Positions 29,793 through 38,576 of a DNA stretch of 64,000 nucleotides are shown one piece after another. The position numbers and the translations under genes were made by a program. This stretch comes from Terriglobia bacterium (GTDB taxonomy: Bacteria > Acidobacteriota > Terriglobia > 2-12-FULL-54-10). Under the pieces are notes generated by a model. It saw only the letters and a program-made list of their open reading frames with translations. It was not told where the DNA came from and did not search any database. The stretch covers positions 320,001 to 384,000 of the forward strand of contig CAXVYR010000004.1 in NCBI GenBank assembly GCA_963666975.2, in the 5' to 3' direction. How positions within the stretch are numbered: the first letter of the stretch is position 1; each line of letters starts with the position of its first letter.

Positions 29793-30749
29793 CTATTGCA
29801 GGTTTTGCACCTGTTCCCGCAATTGCTCGACCTCCGCCTTAATCTCCAGACCTACTTGCGTCATCGGAAGCCCGCTTTCGCCCAGGGCCGTGGTTTTCGA
29901 GAGCGATGTGTTCAGTTCCCGGTTCATCTCCTGCAAGAGAAAATCCAGCTTCTTGCCCGCATCGGCCTCGTCATCGAGCAGTTTTCGGAATTGCGCGGCA
30001 TGCGCTTTCAGCCGGGCGATCTCCTCGCTGATATCGGAACGGTCAGCCAGCAAAGCAGCTTCCTGCGCCATCCGGGCGGGGTCGAGGCCCGATTCTCCCA
30101 GAATCGCCTGCAGGCGGTCCTGAAACCGTTGACGGGATCGGGAGACGGTTTCGGTCCTCATCTGTTCCATCCGTTCCACAAAAACAGCGACACGATCGAC
30201 ATGCGAACGCAGATCGGCTTGCAGGAGCCTGGCTTCCTCCGCTCGCATCTGATCCCAACTCTGCAATGTTTCCTCCAGGGTCTTCCAAAAGGCAGTCTCG
30301 ATCTGCGGCGAGACATCCCTGGAAAGAGAAGAAGACGAAGAGGAAGCCGTCACGGCCATCACACCCGGCAACCGCGACAGGGTTGCCAGATCTGTCTCGG
30401 CAGGCAACCCGAGGCGCGCCCCCAGGCGGCGGAACACCTCCAGATACTTTTCGGCCAGCGCCTCGTCCACGGCCACGTTCATCCCATTTTCGCGCTCCAG
30501 AGTAACCCGTAATTCCAGATGGCCCCGGGGACTTCTTTCTTTGATCGCCCTGCGAATCTTTACTTCCAGCGGCGACAAGGATTCGGGAAGATGCACGTGC
30601 AGATCGAGGTGGCGATGATTCACGCTGCGCAGGCTCAGCCGCAGGGTAAAGCCATCTTCCTCGGCCACGGTTCGCGCAAAGCCGGTCATGGACCGCAGCC
30701 GGGTTTCTGCCGGCGTTTTCGCAGGGGGATTGGTCCGCTTTCTCCCCAT
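29793..30749 (-). CDS. YicC/YloC-family endoribonuclease
   Basis: SMTGFAR, SVNHRHL, DISEEIARL, GKKLDFLLQEMNRE, REQVQN. Confidence 0.93.
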   Translation of the reverse strand: MGRKRTNPPAKTPAETRLRSMTGFARTVAEEDGFTLRLSLRSVNHRHLDLHVHLPESLSPLEVKIRRAIKERSPRGHLELRVTLERENGMNVAVDEALAEKYLEVFRRLGARLGLPAETDLATLSRLPGVMAVTASSSSSSLSRDVSPQIETAFWKTLEETLQSWDQMRAEEARLLQADLRSHVDRVAVFVERMEQMRTETVSRSRQRFQDRLQAILGESGLDPARMAQEAALLADRSDISEEIARLKAHAAQFRKLLDDEADAGKKLDFLLQEMNRELNTSLSKTTALGESGLPMTQVGLEIKAEVEQLREQVQNLQ

Positions 30750-30763
30750 AGCTCCCGAACTCC

Positions 30764-32611
30764 TTACCGGCCCGTGGGCACCTCGCGATTGACGGTCTCG
30801 GTCCCGTATATGTCCAGAAACTGCATCTCGTGCAGTCGCTGATAAATGCCGCCTCGGTTCACCAGGTCTTTGTGTGTTCCAATCTCCTGGATCCTTCCTT
30901 CGTTGAGCACCACAATTTTATCCGCTCTCCGAACCGTGGAGAGCCGATGGGCGATCACAATGACGGTCCGCCCTGCCATCAGGTTGGCAAGAGCTTTCTG
31001 GACCAAATACTCCGACTCGGTATCCAGCTCCGAGGTGGCTTCATCCAGAATCAGCACCGGCGAATTCTTCAGCAGCGCACGGGCGATCGCCAGCCGCTGC
31101 CGCTGCCCGCCGCTGAGCCTTTCCCCGCGGTCGGCTACGACCGTTTCATAAGCCATCGGCATCTGCAAGATAAAATCGTGGGCCAGCGCTGTTTGCGACG
31201 CGCGATGGATATCGTCCTGGGAGAGGTCCGGGCGGCCATAGCCGATGTTGTTACGGATGGTATCGTTGAACAGGACGGTTTCCTGGGTGACGATGCTGAT
31301 CTGGGAGCGCAACGAGTCCAGGGTCAGATCGCGGACATCCGCGCCGTCCAGCAACACGCGGCCGTTGCTGACATCGAAAAACCGCGGGATCAAGTTCACG
31401 AGCGTGCTTTTGCCCGCGCCGCTCGGCCCCACAATGGCCACCACTTCCCCTGCCCGCACTTCCAGCTGAATATTCCGGAGCACGGACTCGCCGTCTTCGT
31501 AGGCGAAGGATACATTCTCAAACACAATGGATCGCGAGAAGGGAGGCAACACTTCCGCGCCGGGCTTTTCCCGGACCTCCTCGCGCAGCTCCAAAAATTC
31601 AAAGACCTTGGCGCTGGCGCCCAAAGCCTGCTGGAAGGAGTTGTTCGTGCCAGAGAGCCTCTTCACCGGCTCATACAGCTTAATCAGAGCGTAGAGGAAG
31701 CTGACGAACATCCCCGTGCTCATCAGGTTGTTCACGATTCGGTCGCGCGCGTAGAGCAGCAGGAACACAACCGTCACCGCTCCCAGAACCTCCATCAAGG
31801 GAGAGGTGATCGCCTGCGCGCGCACAAACTTCAAATTAATGCGGAACAGTCTCCGGGCGGCGGCGCGGAACCGGCCGATCTCCCATTGCTCCATCCGAAA
31901 CGCCTTGACGATGCGGTTGCCGCTGATGGTCTCCTGCAACAGTTGGCTGATCTCTGCCAGGTTGTCCTGGCTCGTGCGGGTGGAACTCCGGATCCTCCTG
32001 CCGATGTGGACCGAGGGAATCATCACCAGCGGCAGCAGGCCGACGGAAATCAACGCCAGACGCCAATCCAAAACGAATACGACGAACAGCAAGCCGACTA
32101 ACGTAAAGCTCTGGCGCAAAAAGTCCGCCAAGACGTGCGAGACGGCGAGCTGAATCTTTTCGATGTCGTTCACGACCCTCGACATCAGGTTGCCGGTGGA
32201 GTAGCGGCGGAAGAAGCTCGTGGACTGCTGCATGATCCGCTCATACAGCCGGTTGCGCAGATCCATGATGACCGATAAGCCTACGAAGTTGATCAGATAG
32301 TTGGCCAGGTATTCGCAGACGGCCTTGCCGAGCGTGACGCCGATCACGAAAACAGCGACAATGGTCCAGACATTATGAATTCCGTCCGGAACCAGACGAT
32401 CCAAATAGACGGTCTTCTCAAAGTAAGGAAGGGTAAACAACGCCACGGAGGAATCCGGAGCCTGCGGGTTGAGGACACGGTCGAAAATCGGGCCGATCAG
32501 AAAAGCCGCCACGGCTTCAAAAAAACCCACGCCCACCATCAGTACCACGGCCCCGAAAAATCGAAGCCGGTAGGGTTTGACGTATTGCAGCAGGCGCACC
32601 AACTCGGACAT
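30764..32611 (-). CDS. msbA: MsbA-like lipid A export ABC transporter
   Basis: TMD plus NBD fusion; GPSGAGKST, LSGGQRQR, LDEATS. Confidence 0.8.
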   Translation of the reverse strand: MSELVRLLQYVKPYRLRFFGAVVLMVGVGFFEAVAAFLIGPIFDRVLNPQAPDSSVALFTLPYFEKTVYLDRLVPDGIHNVWTIVAVFVIGVTLGKAVCEYLANYLINFVGLSVIMDLRNRLYERIMQQSTSFFRRYSTGNLMSRVVNDIEKIQLAVSHVLADFLRQSFTLVGLLFVVFVLDWRLALISVGLLPLVMIPSVHIGRRIRSSTRTSQDNLAEISQLLQETISGNRIVKAFRMEQWEIGRFRAAARRLFRINLKFVRAQAITSPLMEVLGAVTVVFLLLYARDRIVNNLMSTGMFVSFLYALIKLYEPVKRLSGTNNSFQQALGASAKVFEFLELREEVREKPGAEVLPPFSRSIVFENVSFAYEDGESVLRNIQLEVRAGEVVAIVGPSGAGKSTLVNLIPRFFDVSNGRVLLDGADVRDLTLDSLRSQISIVTQETVLFNDTIRNNIGYGRPDLSQDDIHRASQTALAHDFILQMPMAYETVVADRGERLSGGQRQRLAIARALLKNSPVLILDEATSELDTESEYLVQKALANLMAGRTVIVIAHRLSTVRRADKIVVLNEGRIQEIGTHKDLVNRGGIYQRLHEMQFLDIYGTETVNREVPTGR

Positions 32612-33015
32612 TTTCCCGTTCCTCAGATCGAAATGAAAAGTTTACGCGGCAGGATTGTTCCTAAATGGCGCAAAAACAACATCCTGAAGCTCTCCGCCAT
32701 TCGCCAGGAGCAGACGGCGGACTCACTTCAGCAGTTTCCAACCTTCCGACCACAATGTGCAGACTTATCTATTGTAACCCATCCGTCAAACCGGAGAGCA
32801 CCTTGGATTGGGAGCGATCCCGATTTGTTCTATTCCCCCAACCGGAACAAACCCGGCAGAGCTTATTTCCAATCCCCGCCCAACAGGTGTAAGATTTATA
32901 TGCTAAAGATATGGAATAGATTACGCCCCGTTAAGAGCTTGTAGGTCAACGGGTTCCTGCGGGTTCCTGAAGGAGTCGCACTTCCCTTCTCAGTCACTTT
33001 ATACGGAGAAATATC

Positions 33016-34542
33016 ATGCAATTTATCCAAGAAAGCCTTATCAAGCTAATCACGGAAACATCTACCAACCTGCCGCCTGATGTGCGACAGGCCATGGCTT
33101 GGTCGCTCGGGCAGGAAACGCCGAAAACCCAGTCATCGCTGGCGCTCAACGTCATCGCCTCCAACATCGACATGGCCGAGGCGGACGAGAACCCTATCTG
33201 CCAGGATACCGGCATGCCCACTTTCTTCATCAAAACCCCGGTCGGGTTTAACCAGATCGTTTTTCAAAAGGAGGTCCGGAAGGCCATTCAAGAGGCTACC
33301 CGGCGGGGCAAGCTGCGGCCAAACTCCGTAGATTCGATCACCGGCAAAAACAGCGGCGACAATCTGGGCCCGGGAACCCCCGTCCTCCACTTTGAACAGT
33401 GGGAAGAAGAAGACGTAGAGGTTCGGCTGCTTTTGAAAGGCGGCGGCTGCGAGAACAAAAACATCCAGTACAGCGTCCCCTGCCAGTTGGATCACCTGGG
33501 ACGCGCCGACCGCACCTTGGAAGGGGTGCACAACTGTATCTTGCACGCCGTCTGGCAAGCACAAGGGCAGGGATGCAGCCCCGGGGCACTTGGGGTCTGT
33601 ATCGGCGGCGACCGGACCGCAGGTTACGAGCATGCCAAGCATCAACTCTTGCGCACGCTCGATGACACCAATCCCGACCCGCAGTTGGCCCGCATGGAAC
33701 AGCAGATCATGGAGGAGGCCAACCGGCTAGGAGTGGGAACGATGGGCTTCGGAGGAAAAGTTTCCCTGATCGGCTGCAAGATCGGCGCGCTCAACCGTCT
33801 GCCCGCCAGCTTTTTCGTCTCCGTAGCTTATGACTGCTGGGCCTTCCGCCGCCTGGGAGTGCGCCTGGACGCCTCCAGCGGCGCTATCCGGCAATGGCTC
33901 TATCGCGACCCGGACCTGCCGGTGGAAAAACTGGCTAAAGAATCCGGATTCCCGCTGACGGGACGGGAGGTGGTGCTGGAAACGCCGCTGACGGAAGAGA
34001 AGGTTCTCGGCCTGAAGGTCGGCGACGTGGTGCTGATCAGCGGCTTGATCTACACCGGCAGGGACGAGGCTCACGCCTACTTGATGAAAAACCCCGCTCC
34101 GGTCGACTTGCAGGGGTCCGTGCTCTACCATTGCGGCCCGGTCGCCATGAAGCAGGGAGACGGCTGGAAAATGACCGCCGCCGGCCCTACCACCAGCATG
34201 CGCGAGGAGCCTTATCAGGGAGAGGTCATCCGGCGCTTCGGCATACGCGCCGTCATGGGAAAGGGCGGCATGGGGAAAAAGACCCTGGATGCCCTCCAAA
34301 AACACGGCGCGGTTTATTTGAACGCCATTGGCGGTGCCGCCCAGTACTATGCGCGGGCGATTACCGCCGTCGAGGGAGTCTCGTTGTTCGAGCTGGGAGT
34401 TCCGGAAGCGATGTGGCACCTGCGGGTGAAGGACCTGATGGCCCTAGTCACGATGGATGCCCACGGCAACAGCCTTCACGCCAGCGTGGAAGAGGCCACC
34501 GGGAAGGCGCTCGAAACAGTGGGCGCAAAATCTTCCTCCTGA
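33016..34542 (+). CDS. Class I (Fe-S) fumarate hydratase
   Basis: PICQDTG, KGGGCEN, GRDEAH, YHCGP, AGPTTS. Confidence 0.93.
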   Translation: MQFIQESLIKLITETSTNLPPDVRQAMAWSLGQETPKTQSSLALNVIASNIDMAEADENPICQDTGMPTFFIKTPVGFNQIVFQKEVRKAIQEATRRGKLRPNSVDSITGKNSGDNLGPGTPVLHFEQWEEEDVEVRLLLKGGGCENKNIQYSVPCQLDHLGRADRTLEGVHNCILHAVWQAQGQGCSPGALGVCIGGDRTAGYEHAKHQLLRTLDDTNPDPQLARMEQQIMEEANRLGVGTMGFGGKVSLIGCKIGALNRLPASFFVSVAYDCWAFRRLGVRLDASSGAIRQWLYRDPDLPVEKLAKESGFPLTGREVVLETPLTEEKVLGLKVGDVVLISGLIYTGRDEAHAYLMKNPAPVDLQGSVLYHCGPVAMKQGDGWKMTAAGPTTSMREEPYQGEVIRRFGIRAVMGKGGMGKKTLDALQKHGAVYLNAIGGAAQYYARAITAVEGVSLFELGVPEAMWHLRVKDLMALVTMDAHGNSLHASVEEATGKALETVGAKSSS

Positions 34543-34619
34543 AAAAGTTTCTGCCAGGACTAAGCGGAGATATGCGTTAGCATTTTTTCTTCGCGGCTAC
34601 CGCGAACAAGTGGAGAATT

Positions 34620-35918
34620 ATGCGTGATGTGAACGTAGGAATGGTGGGATTGGGAATGGTGGGCGGCAGCACGCTGCGCGTGCTGGATGAAAACGCCGCC
34701 GAGATCAGCCGGAGACTTGGCTTTAGCCTGCGCGTGCGCGCCGCCGCCAGTTTGGAGATTGAAGCCCGCTCGGAACAAAACGGGCGGCTGCTGACACGAA
34801 GCTGGCAGGAGGTCGTCGAGCATCCGGAAGTGGAGATCGTCGTCGAGTTAATCGGCGGAAAGACGGTTGCCCAGCAGGTTATCCGGGCCGCGCTGGAGGG
34901 CGGCAAGCCTGTCGTCACCGCCAACAAAGAACTGCTCGGACTCCATGGGGCGGAACTGGCCCAGTTGGCTGCCCAACACAAGGCCTCGCTGCATCTGGAG
35001 GCCAGCGTCGGCGGAGGCATCCCCATTCTCAATGCTCTGCGCGAGGGCATCTCCGCTGACCGGATCGAGGCGCTCTACGGCATCCTCAACGGGACCTCCA
35101 ACTTCATCCTCACCGAGATGGAGCGGTCCGGCGCGCCGTTGCCCGACATCCTGGCAGAGGCTCAAAAACTGGGCTACGCCGAAGCCGATCCAACCGCCGA
35201 TGTCGAGGGCTATGACGCGCGCTCCAAGCTGGCGATCCTGGCGGCTCTCTGTTTCGGCGTCCGGGTTCCGACCGATGCGATCTTCCGCCAGGGAATCCTG
35301 CGGCTGCAACCGGTCGATTTTCAGTATGCGCACCGCCTCGGTTACACCATCCGGCTGATCGGCGCTGCTACGCCGGGACCAGACGGTTTGGGGCTCTCCG
35401 TGCGGCCTGCCTTGATTCCGGAGTCCGCCATTCTCAGCAAAGTCAGCGGCTCCTATAACGCGGTTTGGATTAAGGGCGCTTACGGGGAGGATACGCTGTA
35501 TTACGGCCGCGGGGCGGGGCCTCCCACCGGCGTGGCCGTCGTCTCCGACATCATGCGGGCTGCGCGCGACCTCCGGCTGGGAAACCCGCTGCGCGCGCCG
35601 GCCTTTGGCTTCCAGGAACTCAAAGAGGTGAGCCGGGCCGGAATCGGGTCGCAGCGGCGGCCTTATTTCCTGCGTTTCCTGATCTCCGACCAGGTCGGGA
35701 TCATCGCCCGGCTGGCCTCCATACTGGCGGAGGAAAAGATCAGCATCGACGCCGTGCTGCAGGAGCCTCTCACGGAAAAGCAGAATCTGCCCTTTGTGAT
35801 TACCGTCGAGCCCACCACCGAGACGGCTATCACCGCAGCACTGGAGAAAATGAAAGGCCTCGACTTCCTGCGCGAGCCGCCGCTGGCGCTCCCGATGGAG
35901 ACGGCGCTCAGCAGTTAA
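34620..35918 (+). CDS. hom: Homoserine dehydrogenase with C-terminal ACT domain
   Basis: GLGMVG, VVTANK, EASVGGGIP, NGTSNFIL, GYAEADPTADVEG. Confidence 0.95.
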   Translation: MRDVNVGMVGLGMVGGSTLRVLDENAAEISRRLGFSLRVRAAASLEIEARSEQNGRLLTRSWQEVVEHPEVEIVVELIGGKTVAQQVIRAALEGGKPVVTANKELLGLHGAELAQLAAQHKASLHLEASVGGGIPILNALREGISADRIEALYGILNGTSNFILTEMERSGAPLPDILAEAQKLGYAEADPTADVEGYDARSKLAILAALCFGVRVPTDAIFRQGILRLQPVDFQYAHRLGYTIRLIGAATPGPDGLGLSVRPALIPESAILSKVSGSYNAVWIKGAYGEDTLYYGRGAGPPTGVAVVSDIMRAARDLRLGNPLRAPAFGFQELKEVSRAGIGSQRRPYFLRFLISDQVGIIARLASILAEEKISIDAVLQEPLTEKQNLPFVITVEPTTETAITAALEKMKGLDFLREPPLALPMETALSS

Positions 35919-36154
35919 GCAAATCCTGCGAACCCGGCCTGCCGGTCATGCGGAGGGTAACGTGGCCGTTCCCCAGGTAAACCGCTGGGCTCTGAGGAAA
36001 TCCCGAGCCGTTGGATGCGGGCGGCATGGGTAAGTTAAGCAAATCCTGCGAACCCGGCCTGCCGGTCATGCGGAGGGTAACGTGGCCGTTCCCCAGGTAA
36101 ACCGCTGGGCTCTGAGGAAATCCCGAGCCGTTGGATGCGGGCGGCATGGGTAAG
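35913..36154. repeat. Perfect 120-bp tandem duplication
   Basis: 35913-36032 is identical to 36033-36152. Confidence 0.95.
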
Positions 36155-36225
36155 GTCTTTCGGGCTCGGGATACCCACCTTTATGATGCGATGTGGCGAT
36201 GAAGATGCTTCTGCAAACCTTCATC
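36082..36225 (+). pseudogene. Decayed N-terminus of a Ser/Thr kinase
   Basis: Across frameshifts: PGKPLGSEEI / PLDAGGMGKVFRARDTHL / DVAMKML, matching the Gly-loop and VAIK region; GGAGG upstream. Confidence 0.65.
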
Positions 36226-36358
36226 TGCCCTCCCCGCCGAGACCCGTTTCATAATCCCATAGCTATGATGTAGACTCTTCCCAAGATTCGGCCAAATTTC
36301 AGACAGACCACTGCAGCAGGAATACGCAAGCTGGTTCACGCAGTGCGGAGGCAAGCAT

Positions 36359-38239
36359 ATGGCAAAGAAATTGATCCTGATCGCGTTAGTGACAATCGCA
36401 ATCGGTGTGTGCGGATGGGCCCAGCAGGCAGCCGTTTCCGCGAAGCTTGGCTATCCTCAGATGATTCTTTATAACGGCAAGATCGTAACAATGGATGATT
36501 CCTCCTTTGGCTCAAAAGTGGGTTCCATTGTGCAAGCGATGGCGGTGCGTGATGCGCGGATTCTTGTTATGGGAACCGATGCGGAGGTCCGGTCACTAGC
36601 TGGACCTCAAACGAAGGTCATTGACATGGAAGGCCGTACGGTCCTGCCGAGTTTCATTATTACTCACGAGCACCCGATGGACTGGGCTTTTCAGGAACCG
36701 CGCGCCATGACGCATGTCTTCCCTGATGATGACAATGAGGTCGTGATTCATCGCTGGATGCCGAATCTGCCTCCCAAAGAACAGTTGGCGCGGTTTGATC
36801 CGATGATGAAAGAAGCCCTCGCGAAGGCGAAACCAGGGCAGTGGGTCTGGCTCAGTTTCAACTACGGCCCCAACTATGAGCACGCCACGGAAATGGCGCA
36901 GTTGTTCGACAAAAGCATCACCAAGGAATACTTGGACGTGCTAGCCCCCGACACGCCGGTAAAAGTGCGCAATGGGTTCATCACTTCCATTGTGAATCAA
37001 AAAGCTTTAGACGCGCTGATGGACGTTCATCCAGATTTGCAAGACCAGCAATTACTGAGCAGGGGCGGAGGATTTAGCCGCCCGATGGAGCCCAATGCAA
37101 TGTTCCGTGGCAAACGGCCTCTGCTTGCGCAAGTCCTGAAGGCTGAACTGGAGTGGTGGGCCAGCTACGGAATGTCCGCTTTCGCCTCTGGCCCCTATGC
37201 GTTCGGCACGATGGCGGCATATCGCTATCTGGATGCGAATGGCGACATGCCCGTTCGTTATGCATGGGCGTATCCGGGACCGGCGATGGACCTGGAGACG
37301 ATGCGGTATATGGCCAGTTTGATCGGAACCGGCACGGACTACATCTGGCTGATGGGCGTCTTTCAGGGAGCCAATGGGGGCAATTGCAGCACGGCGCCGA
37401 TTCGGGACGAGTGGAAGAAGAACCCGCTGGAAATTCTCAGGCGGAGGGAGTGTTTTGACGGCTTTTCGGGTCCGCAGTGGGGAGAAAATCTCGAGAACGC
37501 AATTCGGGGCGGGATGCGTGTTGCTGGAATTCACGTCAGCGGCGACGTAACCATTGACAATCTGATGGATGCCATCGAGAAAATCAGCAAAGAAGAAGGA
37601 ATGACCCTGGAGCAAATTCGGGCGAAGCGGCATGCCTTCGATCATAGCTCCGGGGTGCCTCGCCCGCAGCAAATCCCCCGCATGAAAGAGCTGGGCATGC
37701 TTGCCAGCTTGAATAACAACCTGCTTTGGGAACCTCCCGGGGTGGTTCCGAACATGGCGGGCACCGCAATGTTCGCCAGGATTCATGGGGTGGAATACAC
37801 CAGCTGGATTTCACCGCGGAAGAGCCTAACCGAGGCAGGCGTGATGAGCACATTCGAAATTGACCGTCCCCTGGCAAACAAAATATTCTTTTTTCTGCAC
37901 AAAGGAATGACCCGGTACAATGAGAGAGATGGCATGGTGTACGGTCCCGGCGAACGGACCGATCGAATGATCCAATTGAAGGCGATCACTCGCTGGGGGG
38001 CATATTATCTCCTCAAGGAAGATGTCTTGGGGACCCTGGAGCCTGGGAAGTTTGCGGATTTTGTTGTGCTAGACAAGGATTATTTAACCGTCCCCGAAAA
38101 TGAGATTCCCAACCTCCAGGTGCTGATGACAGTCGTGGGGGGGAGGACGATCCATCTGACTTCGGGTTTGGCGAACCCTATCGGCATGCAACCCGTTGGA
38201 TATACCACCTGGAAAGATAAGATTCCAGAAGGTTGGTAG
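36359..38239 (+). CDS. Secreted amidohydrolase family 3 (YtcJ-like) protein
   Basis: Signal peptide; ILYNGKIVTMD, IDMEGRTVLPSFIITHEH, HVSGD, GTLEPGKFADFVVLD, TVVGG. Confidence 0.85.
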   Translation: MAKKLILIALVTIAIGVCGWAQQAAVSAKLGYPQMILYNGKIVTMDDSSFGSKVGSIVQAMAVRDARILVMGTDAEVRSLAGPQTKVIDMEGRTVLPSFIITHEHPMDWAFQEPRAMTHVFPDDDNEVVIHRWMPNLPPKEQLARFDPMMKEALAKAKPGQWVWLSFNYGPNYEHATEMAQLFDKSITKEYLDVLAPDTPVKVRNGFITSIVNQKALDALMDVHPDLQDQQLLSRGGGFSRPMEPNAMFRGKRPLLAQVLKAELEWWASYGMSAFASGPYAFGTMAAYRYLDANGDMPVRYAWAYPGPAMDLETMRYMASLIGTGTDYIWLMGVFQGANGGNCSTAPIRDEWKKNPLEILRRRECFDGFSGPQWGENLENAIRGGMRVAGIHVSGDVTIDNLMDAIEKISKEEGMTLEQIRAKRHAFDHSSGVPRPQQIPRMKELGMLASLNNNLLWEPPGVVPNMAGTAMFARIHGVEYTSWISPRKSLTEAGVMSTFEIDRPLANKIFFFLHKGMTRYNERDGMVYGPGERTDRMIQLKAITRWGAYYLLKEDVLGTLEPGKFADFVVLDKDYLTVPENEIPNLQVLMTVVGGRTIHLTSGLANPIGMQPVGYTTWKDKIPEGW

Positions 38240-38283
38240 CGGCAGTCCTTTCGCGGTCGCGCATGGCGCTTTCCGTGGTCAGA

Positions 38284-38315
38284 ATTGAGGATTGAGGGTT
38301 GAGGATTGAGGGTTG
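38284..38315. repeat. Heptamer tandem repeat (RTTGAGG) x4.5
   Basis: attgagg attgagg gttgagg attgagg gttg. Confidence 0.75.
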
Positions 38316-38369
38316 CTGGGCGGCCACCGACATGCCAGCGCCACCCAAATCCACGCCGGCCTCAAACGG

Positions 38370-38445
38370 TTGGAAGGCCTGAAGCGCCGCGGACCGGGAA
38401 GCCATCCTGGGCGGCAACGCAGCCCGGCTGCTACGAATTGGTTAG
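38370..38445 (+). pseudogene. C-terminal remnant of an amidohydrolase-2-like gene
   Basis: AADREAILGGNAARLLRIG*. Confidence 0.5.
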
Positions 38446-38576
38446 CTGCGAATCGTTTAGTTTTCTTGACAGAGGCACGCATCAAGTGTAGCATTCGTTA
38501 TAGCATTCCTCGTTGGCTACAACTCCCCCACTGGAGAGCCTTATTAGAAGGAAACTCTTGGAAATAAGGACTTGTC

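Noticed and set aside
23272-32101. Long antisense ORFs (23272-24507, 27872-29065, 30830-32101 and similar)
   Set aside because: Shadow frames of well-supported high-GC genes, with no protein motifs.
35913-36200. Possible structured ncRNA (6S or RNase P-like words gaggaaatccc, acccacct, and the atcccgagcc/ggctcgggat stem)
   Set aside because: Other conserved elements are missing, and the sequence is better explained as a decayed kinase 5' end.
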